Below are positions 26,462 to 37,130 of a stretch of DNA of 64,000 nt, piece by piece. Origin of the DNA: Octopus vulgaris (taxonomy: Eukaryota); NCBI GenBank assembly GCA_951406725.2, contig OX597815.1:71238001-71302000 (forward strand), read 5' to 3'. Position 1 is the stretch's first letter, and every line of letters starts with the position of its first letter. The position numbers and the translations under genes are program-made. Under the pieces are notes generated by a model. That model ran no database searches. It saw only the letters and a program-made list of their open reading frames with translations, and was not told where the DNA came from.

Positions 26462-26463
<2 letters not shown>
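25681..26463 (+). mobile_element. Hammerhead-containing non-coding retroelement 3, ~1.6 tandem copies of a 490-nt unit, in (TA)n
   Basis: Direct repeat 25681-25972 / 26171-26463 (5 substitutions and 1 indel by eye) with a 198-nt spacer. The hammerhead spans the spacer/repeat junction. (TA)n on both flanks. Confidence 0.85.
26136..26214 (+). ncRNA. Type I hammerhead ribozyme with minimal palindromic stem III
   Basis: Stem I AATGTTG/CAACATT; core CTGATGA (26143-26149); stem II TTCAT/ATGAA extended by GACAA/TTGTT and TATGTGAG/TTTGCATA; GAAA (26196-26199); C-AATT-G; cleavage triplet GTA (cut after 26207). The 3' half is repeated at 25681-25724. Confidence 0.88.
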
Positions 26464-26499
<36 letters not shown>

Positions 26500-26511
<12 letters not shown>

Positions 26512-26850
26512 CAGAAGTTGTCTGTGTATGGGAGGCTTGGCAGCCTTCAACTAACACTATCTCCTCCGAGACCCTGCTGCGCAAGTTGACCAAAATTGAG
26601 AGTTTGCTAGAAGAAGGCCATGTTAACACCAAAAATTGTTTACATCAAAAAGGTGCTTTTTTTCTATGAAAATCCCTATTTTTTACGATTTTTTGACTGC
26701 TGTGTTGCCATTTTTCGGTGTATTTCAACCAGGAAAATGTTCACTTAAAGAGAATAACAAGCTACATAATGCAAATTTTTTACTTTTCAAAAATTCCAAT
26801 TCTAAAGGGTCGAAACAAACCCAAGCAACGCCGGGCAATACTGCTCGTCT
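26500..26850 (+). mobile_element. Non-autonomous Helitron-like element
   Basis: TATATAAAG start and 3' GC hairpin CCCAAGCAACGCCGGG followed by CTGCTCGT (degenerate CTAG end). Confidence 0.6.
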
Positions 26851-26871
26851 ATCTTATTTGTCTAACTAGCT

Positions 26872-26938
<67 letters not shown>

Positions 26939-26939
26939 G

Positions 26940-26970
<31 letters not shown>

Positions 26971-27549
26971 TTTCTATTGTTTTCACTTTCATTTTTCAGA
27001 CGCTATTGTTTTCACTTTATGTTCAATCGCTATTTACAAACAACAACGACAAATTATTGACAGAAAGAAGTTCACAGTTACTGATGAAAGTAATTTCATA
27101 CATAATTTACTGACAGAAGTAACTTTATAAATTTCAGTTCAATCCGAACACTTCGTTAAATTTGTCTATACATTTCTTATTTCCTTTTGCAACGTTTTTT
27201 CTTTTCTTTTCTTTTTTCTTTTTTGTTGACGGAATTACTTATAAAGGTAAGTTCATAAATTAATGACAGAAGTAACTTCAAAAATTTCACTTAAACCCGT
27301 ACAGTTAGTTACTTTCCCTAAAAATTCCTTTTTTACTTTTGCAACGGTTTTGTGTCTTTCTGTTAACGGCTGTTTTCTGGTTCCTTCGATACTGGCTCTC
27401 TCACTTCAACCCATACAATTCTTTATTTTCTGTAAAAATTTCTTATTTGCTTTCTGCCCGTCGTATTACGAAATATAATTTCCTTTACCCAGTTATTTTC
27501 ATTGTTCACTATCTTCTCTAACCGTATATTTCTGTATATGTATATAACC

Positions 27550-28050
27550 ATGCCTAGAAGGAAAGTGTCAAATTTGTCAAAGTCAGCAAAAAGAATGTCT
27601 CTGTCCAGGGAAAGAGAGACAGCTGCAGAAAGGGAAGCATACCAAGAAACGAAGAGAGTCTGTATTACAAAAGCCAGAGCATCTCAAAGTGAACAAAGTA
27701 TACACGGCTGAGAAGGAATAGGATCTCCACTGCAGAACGAAGAGCAGTTGTAACAGCTCAGAGAAGCAACTTCTATGAAGCAGCTTTCCGTTATGATCCA
27801 GCAGTTCATTATGCAGATGGCACTAGAGTTTCCATTGGTGCAATGAAAACTGAGTGCATACATTGTAAAGCAAGGAAGTGGCCTGAAGAGACACTTACAT
27901 TGGTGGAAAGGTTAAACTCCCCGCAATAGCCCAACCTCCAGAGCGATCTACACTATAGATGACATCATTTGGAGCCACAAGAGATTGAACTGAGCCAGGA
28001 TTCATGCAAACTTTCAAGATCCAAGGTCAGATTTATCATCAGATTGACCC
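27550..28050 (+). pseudogene. Helitron RepHel N-terminal fragment (disrupted)
   Basis: MPRRKVSNLSKSAKRM...AAFRYDPAVHYADGTRVSIGAMKTECIHCKARKWPEET...GKVKLPAIAQPPE, then SFGA...TFKIQGQIYH after frameshift correction. These are the Helitron zinc-finger and pre-Rep motifs. Confidence 0.85.
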
Positions 28051-28176
28051 TCTACTACCTCTGTAAAATGAATCACCAAAATCGCCCTTTCATTGTTTAT
28101 AATCAGTACTTGTTTCTTGGTTATGAAATAAGCTACACAAAATGTGTTTTTGAATTACATGTATTTACTGTATATC

Positions 28177-28867
28177 TTTATATATATAAAACTGAGAATG
28201 TGTGTCTGTCTGTCTGTCTGTCTGTGTGTTTCCCTAAAACTTGAGAACTACACAACCAATTTCATTCAAATTTTACACATGCCTTACTTAGGGTCCGGGT
28301 AGTGTCATCGGCAAGAAATTTTAACTTTTTGCCAAGGGCGAGCCCACAGCAATATCATATCTTCTCCACTACGATTCCTTAAAACTTGAGAACTACACAA
28401 CCAATTTCATTCAAATTTTACACATGCCTTACTTAGGGTCCATGTAGTTTCATGGGCAAAAAAATGTTCAGCTTCTTGCCTAGAGCGAGCCCATAGCAAT
28501 ATCATATCTTCTCCACTATTTCAGTATTACGTGTTAAAAGTGAAACAAAAATATTTCTCTATTTTATGTCAGATGCTTTCACTTTAACAATAAAAATAAT
28601 AATAACAATTGAATTATATGTAGTAAGTAATAATTAAAATCAAACTAAAGTATAATATAATCGTAACATACAAAAGTAAAAATAGCAATTGGTATAAAAT
28701 TGCATCAATGATTTGAACTTGAATAAATGGTTTCACATGAATGGGAATAAATGAAAAATAAAATTAGCGTGCAGAAATGGAATAGTCCAGATGGATAATA
28801 AAAAATTAAATTAAAGAAAAGACTATTGTCTATAAAGTATACAATGTAGAGAAAAAAGAAGAGCTGC
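28177..28867 (+). mobile_element. Non-autonomous Helitron-like element, 5' part (3' part resumes at 35176-35341)
   Basis: TATATATAAAACTGAGAATG start, (GTCT)n, CAACCAATTTCATTCAAATTTTACAC, and an internal ~145-bp tandem duplication (28233-28520). A Helitron-type end GACCCGGCAACGACGGGTC...CTAG lies at 35312-35341. Confidence 0.6.
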
Positions 28868-28879
28868 CAATTCCAGTCT

Positions 28880-30783
28880 TCATCGAGTGTGTTGGTTAGT
28901 TATTTTGTATGTGAAAAATTTGGAAAAAAAAAACTGTTAAAAAGTTGTCAAAAAATTGAATCGCGCGAGGCGTCTGCCGCTGCGTGTGTGAACCTTTTAT
29001 AGAAGGTGTGTCGACCCTCAAGTCATGGAGACTTACGCGGGGGTCGCCACAACAAAAAGTGATGAGTCTCTTAGAATAAGAGAAGTGTTCTTTAGAAAAG
29101 AACAATTGAAGGAATACGAGAAGTTCGTCAAAAGGGAGGGTGACAGCGTGAAGCTGGTCCCGCCTGTTGAAACAATAGAGGAGAGAATAACAAGATGATA
29201 ACGCAAGATAGGAACACGAGAAAACTGGTGAGAGTGACGATTGAAGAAATAGAGAAATGTCTGGGGGACATTATGAAAAAAGCGACTTTTGTAGACAGAG
29301 GAAAGAAATATGGTACGGTGGAGGTGAGATGCGCAACAAAGGAAGTGGCGGCCTCATTAGCTTCCACTGTACTGAAAGACGAAAATTTCACTATGTGGTC
29401 GACGTATAAAGGAAGACGAGGGGTACGGGTAAGAGTCCCAAAGGTGCCCCCAGAAATAAAAACAGAAATGCTGGTAACAGCCATTCCAGGGGCAGCAAAG
29501 GAGGAAGTAGAAATAGGGTCAATCAAAGAGACCAACGTTGTAAATTGGAAGGGATTCGGAGTAGAGTTGTGGCTGATGGCCACAATGGAAGACATCGAAA
29601 GGTTTCCCTTCCAAATAGAAATAGAAAACGAGAAAACAATTAGTGTAATAGTGGAGGGGAGAAAACCGAATCCTGTGCGGATCAAGAGGGCACATAAAAA
29701 AGGAATGTCCGCTATATGAATTCACAGCGGAGCAAAAAGAGACACAAAGTGGAGAGAAGGAAAACGAACACGAAGGAAAGAACAGCGAAAACAAGGAAAA
29801 GGAAATAACGGAGAAACAACAAGAGAAGGGAAGTAACAGCGCACTGAAGGAAAATGAAAACAAAGGGAAGAAGATAGTAAAAAAGGAGCAAAATCCACAG
29901 GGTGCAGAAGTAGTGGAGAATGAGCCAAGGCAGAAGCAAGAGAAAGAAAAGGAAAGTAAATTAAAGGAAAGAGAAAAAACAGGAAAAGAACAAGAGAAGG
30001 AACAGAACCAAGAGAAAGGAAAAGATAGTATGCAAAAAGGAAAAGAAACAACAGGAAAGGAACATAAGGCACAGGGTAGAGAGACGACAGACAAAGAGCC
30101 AAAAAGACAAGACAAGGAAAAAGAAAGAAGAGAAAGCAAAAAGAGAGAAAGAGAGAAACCGAGCGAGGAGAAAAAAGAGGAAGTAAGTCCTAAGAGAAAA
30201 GCTAGAGAAAATGTAGGTACGAATAAAAGATTCATATACTATGGAACATTGATCCATCACAGGCACTGTGAGGAGATGGAGGATTTAATAGGCGAAACGG
30301 ATGGATATACGTGGATCAGGATGGGCACCGAATGGAAAGAAACAGGTGCACTCGTCCACGAGAACAACGCCGAGGCGTTCATCGAGGCAGCTGGCAAGAA
30401 CGTATCAAAATATAGGAAATGCCGACTTACAAGGTGGCCACGAGAAATGGAAAACTACCAGGAATTGGTAGAGATAATGGAGTATATATAAAAGAAAAGG
30501 TATTGTGAAAACTTTAATTTGGAAATGATAAAAAGAACTTTAAATTCGGAAAAAAAAAAAAAATGTTGAACTTTGTAAAATTTTTGAAATGTATGTTGAA
30601 AATGTGTAAAATGTTTTTATTTGGAAAATATTGTTGAGGAAAAAAAAAATGACGAAATGTAACCGCTCGATTTCGGGGATCGAGTGGGCATTGCACCACA
30701 TTGTACAAACTTCATAATTCATTATTTTATTTTTCCCGATTGTATTGTCCCCTCTATGTTGCCCCTTGTGGGTAGGAATAAAA
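28880..30783 (+). mobile_element. Tx1/L1-type ORF1-only module with its own 3' tail
   Basis: Contains a Gag-like ORF1 and ends in GATTGTATTGTCCCCTCTATGTTGCCCCTTGTGGGTAGGAATAAAA. Bounded by CAATTCCAGTCT at 28868-28879 and 30784-30795. Confidence 0.8.
29195..30491 (+). pseudogene. LINE ORF1 (RRM-like region, CCHC zinc knuckle, E/K-rich linker), one frameshift at ~29670
   Basis: YGTVEVRC...GVRVRVPKVPPEI...VIVEGRKP, then in the shifted frame LCGSRGHIKKECP (zinc knuckle missing its first Cys), continuing into the charged ORF 29913-30491. Confidence 0.8.
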
Positions 30784-31070
30784 CAATTCCAGTCTGTTAT
30801 ACGCCAGTCTGTTTTTGTCATTTGCTGTTTATTACCGGTTTGTGAATTTAACTATTGTTACTTTGTTTTATATATTGTGTATTTTGTCTAAAAACTGTTA
30901 TTAGCCTTCGCGCGAAGGCTACGTATGAAAATCCCCCCCCCCCACGGGGGAATTGCTTTGAAACAATTATTGTGAAACAGTTTAAAATATACACAAAAGG
31001 CTTGCGAAGCCAAAATTTTTTGAAGGCTTGTTATAGCCAATTGAAAAGGCTTGTAAAGCCACATCCAGAG

Positions 31071-31516
31071 ATGGAGACTCCTATCTCATATTCACCTGTA
31101 TCAGGTGAAGAAAGTTCACCGGCGACAAATACAAAAAGAGGAGGGGTGGTCAAAAATTACCAAAAAAAAAATGGAAAACAGAAACCACCCTACAGAAAGA
31201 GAGCCAAAAAAAGAGGAAAGAAGCGACAAATACATTTATGGCCATTAAGGCTGCCAACAACAGGCTAATTAATGTTTTGGCAGCCATGGCCAAGGTGGAG
31301 AAAATTAAAAAAACAAAAGACTGTATTGTTTATAGAATAGGCCGGAAGGATTACGGACGGATAAAATCCGAATTCTTTCACGACGTGGGCCCTCTGAGAT
31401 TGGACATATCTCCATATTTATACGAGGGCCTGCGTCGGACTCCCCCACGAGCCCAGGAAAAAAATAAAAGTGAAGAAGACGAAAAACAAGTCGAACAAGT
31501 CGAACCACTGATATAA
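31071..31516 (+). pseudogene. Short basic ORF (~148 aa if the A-run at ~31162-31171 is corrected) upstream of ORF2, function unknown
   Basis: METPISYSPVSGEESS...KNYQKK joins WKTETTLQKESQKKRKEATNTFMAIKAANNRL...EPLI with a single frameshift in a homopolymer. It ends 8 nt before the ORF2 ATG. Confidence 0.5.
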
Positions 31517-31524
31517 GGTAAGTT

Positions 31525-34500
31525 ATGGATTGCATTTATGTTGGTTGTTTAAATGTGCGCGGCCTGGGATCAAGCTGGAAGCAAGGTCGCTTCCTTAATG
31601 ATATCAGGTCGCGTAATTTGGATGTTATTGTTGCTACAGAAACCCGGTTAGAGGGGCCAAGAGGTCTACTCCCGCTGTTTGACGGCTACGAGAGTTTTTC
31701 TCTCCGGCCAGTCCTACAGGCGGGGGTGGGGTGTTGGTCCTATTAAAAAGAAACCGGGTTTTTGGGAAAAAGTTAATTTTTTCAGACCCAGAAGGTAGGC
31801 TGGTCGTCATGGATTTGACGTTCAGTAACGGTAAAGTTATCAGACTGGTTGCAATTTACGCACCCAACCAAAAAGGGCAAAGTGATTATTTTCGAGAACT
31901 GGATAACTTTCTTGGTACTTCGCATTCATTAGTTGTGCTAGGAGACTTTAACACAATTTGCATAACGGATGTAGATTGTGTTGGCTTGCGTCCAGATAGA
32001 AAAGGTAACATTGGCTTCCTGGAACTGCTAAGCCGCTTTGAGCTAGCAGATCCTTATAGGTTGGAATTTCCGAACGCTCCATTGTGGACATGGTCAAACA
32101 GCGACGGATCTTCCAGGTCATACATAGATAGGATACTAATTAGAAAAGTAGACAGAAAAATAGCTAAGTGTCCACAGTTTTACCTGGTCAGCTACAGTGA
32201 TCATAAAATGGTCACCTGTAAGCTTGACATAGATAAGGTTAAAAATAGAGGCTCCGGTTACTGGAAACTTAATACGTCCCTTTTGGCGATTAAGGAGTAC
32301 AGAGACCGGATTAGAACTATAATTCAGAGGGCGCTATCTGGTGCCATCATTAATAACAAATGGTGGTATGCCCTCAAGCGAGCCATCAAATTCGAGTCAA
32401 TTAGATATAGCATAGGATTAGTGGCTAGAGAGGCTAGGAGGGAATCTACTCTAGTTAAGGAATTAGAGGAATCCTTGAAAACTGGCTCTGCGGTTCAGGT
32501 GGCGGTCAAGAGACTGGCGTTAAACCAGCACCGCGAGGCCAAACACATGGGCTGCATTGTCAGGGCTAGGATCTGCGCAATGGGTTGTGAAGGAATCAAC
32601 GCCGTGAGATGGGCCTGAGTGGTGGAAGCTCAGTGTGGTAACGACACCACGATTCGATCTATGACGAACCAACAAGGTGAGTTGATAAACGAGCCCGAGG
32701 AGATGTGTGAGGCCTTTCAGGAGCACTTCGCTCAGCTTTTCGGTGAGTGCGGCGGACTGGATAGGAGGAGGGCCTTTACGGACCTCCTCGACAGGCTGCC
32801 GCGCTTATCGGGGCGAGATGCGGAGGGCTGTGAAGGGCCAATCACGCCTGGGGAGGTGGTTGAGGCGATGGCGGACTGCGGCGCGGGCAAGGCGCCGGGT
32901 TTAGATGGTCTACCCTATGAGTTATATAAGAGTATGCCAGACTTGTTCGGGCACCTACTGGTGGAGGTCTATGCGAACTGGCAGCAGAACGGGTTCATAC
33001 CCAGATCTGTGCGCCGGGGAGTAGTGACACTCGTCAGAAAGGACCCGAGCAAGGGGGAGTGCATTGATAATTTCAGGCCCATCACTCTGCTAAACACAGA
33101 GTTGAAGATTTTGGCCAAAGTGTTATCGAAAAGATTGGCGCGTGTCGCGGATGGTCTGATCGGGGAGGCACAGACATGTGCCGTTCCCGGCAGAACCATT
33201 CAGGATAATCTCCATCTTATGCGGTACAATATAGAGGGGTTTAATAGTGATTCTGGCAAGGGTGGGGCACTGGTCCATTTAGACCAATCTAAAGCGTTCG
33301 ATAGGGTCGACCATCGCTACCTGGTATCTGCCCTGGCACAGTTCGGGCTGGGCCTTGGCTTCCTCAGGTGGATTATCCAAATTTACGACAACATCGACTC
33401 GGTAGTTCGGGTGAACGACTTATTGTCGAAGCCGTTCAACATCAAGCGCTCGGTTCGTCAAGGGTGTCCGCTCTCCCCGCTTTTGTACGTGATGGCTCTT
33501 GAGCCATTACTGCGAAAACTGAGCGGCATCCCGAGACAGCCAGGTAGTGGAAAATCGGTGTCAGCGTACGCGGATGACATCACCATCATCGTAACCGAAA
33601 TGGATCACCTACGTAAAGTAGGCAAGGCCACAGAGGTTTACCAGACGGTGACAGGAGCAAAAGTTAATCGCGAAAAGTCAGTCGGCTTGCAACTCGGCAC
33701 CTGGAGAGGCAAGTCGATGCCTCCTGACAGCGTCGTGGAGCGTTGGACGGAGGGTCCGATTAAGTTGCTAGGGGTTTGGTTCGGTCCAGACCTCCAAATA
33801 GAGAAGAATTGGGGCGAGGTATCGAGCAGGGTGGCTGCAGTAACCAAGACCTGGACCTTAGCGGTGGCTATCCCTGAAAGGGAGGGCGGAGGTAACCAAT
33901 GTATTTATCGCATCGGTTATCACCTACCGCCTTTCCGTCGTTCCTTGCCCTGATTCGTGGTTGATCAAGTTGGAAAGACAGCTCTTCTACTTCTTGTGGA
34001 AGGGCGAGAAACCACTTGTGAAACGCTCTACTTGCTGTCAACAACCGTTAAAGGGTGGGCTAGGGATGCCTTGGCTGATGATGCGCAGACATGCGCTGAG
34101 GTTAAGACATCTGTGGCTCTACCTGGATGGTGAACGGGTGTGGTCTCCGCTAGCAAAACTGATGTTTCCCAAGTTCACTAGTTTCGGTGGATGGGAAACC
34201 TGGCTGAATCGTAGATCGAAACTAGGCACATGGTACACGGAGTGTCGCAAGGCTCTCCTGCTTTTCCGTCGCTCGGGCAACGCCTGCGGTGGGGTTCTAC
34301 CACATTCTTCTATAGAGGGTTGGTAGAGGCGGAATGTGAAGATACCTTGGGGGAAACCCTAGGTCTCGACGATAATCAGCTGGCCAGTCTGTTCCGACGT
34401 ACGTTCGAGCCGAAGACACTGGACAACTTCCAGAAGTCTCTGGCGTGGCAATGCTACAGAGGAGCTCTACCTGTTCGGGATAAACTCGCAAGGCACGGTG

Positions 34501-34919
34501 GCCAAGACAGTCCGATATGTCCAAGATGCTAGCGGGATAGGGAAACCGTCCCGCACGCTATTGTTCATTGTTCGGTCGTGTCCGAGGTGTGGGTTTATGC
34601 CGAACAGCTGTTGTCAAGCACACGAAGAGTACAGCTGTCGACTGAGTCTATTACAAAAATTAACCCACCAGATTTCCTCGCGAAAGAAGGTAAGAATTGT
34701 TTTCTCGTTGTAGTAGCAATTGCGAAAGAGGTGATATGGAAGACGCGAATGAAAGGTTTACGGTCAGGCAAGTTCATATCCGGCCCTGGTTTGATGAATT
34801 ACTTCATCTTTCACCTGAAAAGGAAGATAGGGCTGGAGAGAAAATGCCTGACTAAGAGAGTGTATGAAGAACGATGGATGGATGTAGCACGAAAGTTGCG
34901 AGTGAATGATACCACATAA
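31525..34919 (+). pseudogene. Tx1/L1-type ORF2: APE endonuclease, reverse transcriptase and C-terminal zinc knuckle, with ~5 disablements
   Basis: APE motifs LNVRGL, ETR, IYAPN, GDFN, IDRI, SDH. RT motifs KAPGLDG, FRPITLLN, LDQSKAFDRV, VRQGCPLSPLL, YADD. C-terminal CPRC...ETVPHAIVHC. Frameshifts at ~31700, ~33860 and ~34275; stops at 32616 and 34530. Confidence 0.95.
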
Positions 34920-35621
34920 ATGTAAAACTAGACGAAACCAAAGTATCAGTGGGGAGGCGAGGCTCGTGGGATCCGAGCTAAACCCGCTCCCACTCCATCC
35001 GTAATGTCTTCCGGTCTGTTCCCCATTCGATTTTTTCGATTTTTGTAATTTTTGTAAATTTTTAAATTCACCTTTTTTGTAAACCCATTCGTATATCTGA
35101 CCCCACATCAGATTGTATTGTCCCCTCTATGTTCGCCCCTTGTGGGTAATAATAAAACAATTCCAGTCTGTTATATATTTTGAGTATTGTTATCACTAGC
35201 GATATCAAGATATAACTTTGTATTTTGCATTTTATGTGTAGATGTATATATATAGATGTACATGTAATATGTACACATATATATACACATATATACCTGC
35301 ACTAGCACTATGACCCGGCAACGACGGGTCTTTAATGCTAGCTCATATATAAATTGAAAACTTTCTTTTAACATTTCACTTAACGTCTATGTTCCACGCT
35401 GGCATGGGTTGAAGAGGTATTAAATGTAGAAATTTGGTATCTCAGTTACTTGCAGTTGAGACCTGCGTAATCTAGACGGCGTTTTTAAATTTCCTTAACC
35501 TCTTTAACCCAGGCAACGGCGGGTATTTCTGCTAGAACATATATAAAAGTATACATACATGTGTGTGTGTGTGTGAGCATGTGCGTCAGTATGTGTATGT
35601 GGAGCATGTGCGTTAGTATGT

Positions 35622-35870
35622 GTGCGTGGTTTAGTGGTTAGGATGTTGCACTCACTGTCGTAAGATTGTAGTTTCGATTCCTGGATCGAGTGATACATTG
35701 TGATCTAGAACAAAATGCCTCATTTTCCTTTGCTCCAGTTCATTCAGTTGGCAAAAATGAGTAATCCTACGGCGGACCGGCATCCCTTCCGTGATGGAGG
35801 CAGGATATACATACGCCACAAAATTCGGGAAACCGGCCTTATGAGTCTATGGCATGGGAAGGATTTTGAC
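35622..35870 (+). mobile_element. CORE-like tRNA-derived SINE (family C here)
   Basis: GCGTGGTTTAGTGGTTAGGATGTTGCACTCAC...GTTTCGATTCCTGG...TTGCTCCAGTTCATTCAG; homologous to 48430-48678 and 63357-63692. Confidence 0.75.
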
Positions 35871-36916
35871 CCTTTGATGCACACGTGCGCGTGCACACAC
35901 GCACACACACATGTCTGTCTGTCTGTATGTATGTATGTATGTATGTATAAATACGACGGGTTTCCACACAGTTTTCGACAAACCAAATTCACTCACAAGG
36001 CACGGATCGGCCCGAGGCTAGAGTAGAAAACATTTGCCCAAGGTACCCGAAACACGGAACCCCGAGGCTGCAAAGTGATCTTCTTAGCCACACAGCTGTG
36101 CCTATCATTTAAAATTAAAACTGCAAAAATTATAAATTCTAAGGATAAATCAAAAACTATTGTCTGTATATGGATGATACAAAAACAACAAGATAGAGAA
36201 CTGTACACGGATTCAACACTTATATTCAAGACATGTACTCTAAGAAAAAGTAAATGAATTTTAAACGAAAACATGAAAATAGATTTAGAGAATGAAATCA
36301 GGGAATTAGGACAGAGCCATCCATATCAGTTTCATCTACTTACGGGTACAAGAAACTAAGCTACTAGAGAAAAATCAGTTGAATTTTTAAAATAAGATAT
36401 CAAATCAACGCCACAAATACAATTATTTTTATCTTTTAGACTGGAGAGAATGCAGTGTTCCAAGGGTGAGAGGAAGATAGCTTCAAACCAGCGACATAGC
36501 TTGAATGCTTGTGAGAGCCTGAATGCTTGCGACAGAGTGGACTGCACTAAATGCACTAAAGAGTCCATGTGGTAATATTAAACCGGTTGAGTTTACTACT
36601 CCAAGTAGGTTATGGTGGGGTTTGAACTCAGAACAAAAGAGCTGGTACGAATACCGCAAGGTATCTGACCTGACGTTTTTACAATTCCACCATTCCACTG
36701 CCATGTATTGGTACTATTTTATCGACCCCGAAATGATGAAAGACAGAGGTTGATTTGGTGGGATTTAAACTCAGACTGAAAAGATCCCGAACAAACACCA
36801 CATATTATTTGGTCCAACATTGTTACAGATTCGGTATGGATTAGTACTTTTTCTGTCAACCTCCGAAAGGATAAAAGACAATGTTATGCATAATGTGAAT
36901 GTTATAAATTAGATGA

Positions 36917-37130
36917 ACGGTGAGTTGGCTGAATCGTTAGCACGCCGGACATAATGCTTAGCGGCATTTCGTCAGACTTCATGTTCTGAATTCAAATTCC
37001 ACTGAGATCGACTTTGCTTTTCATCCTCTTGGGGTCGACAAAATAAGTACCAGTCGAGTACTGAGGTCGATGTACCCGACTTATCCCCTCCGTCGAAATT
37101 ACTGGTCTGGTGCCAAAATCTGAAATCAAT
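36917..37130 (+). mobile_element. SINE family A, full length
   Basis: Head, B box GAATTCAAATTCC, body and CCCCTCC...CCAAAATCTGAAATCAAT tail. A further partial copy lies at 37262-37360 and minus-strand copies at ~36560-36850. Confidence 0.85.

Larger units (their letters stand above)
30802..35157 (+). mobile_element. Tx1/L1-clade LINE module: 5' UTR, short ORF, ORF2, 3' tail
   Basis: Flanked by the 18-bp direct repeat CAATTCCAGTCTGTTATA (30784-30801 and 35158-35175). GC-richer than the flanks and has a complete ORF2 domain set. Confidence 0.92.

Noticed and set aside
29128-30266. Minus-strand ORFs of 100-238 aa
   Set aside because: Antisense shadows of the A/G-rich LINE ORF1.
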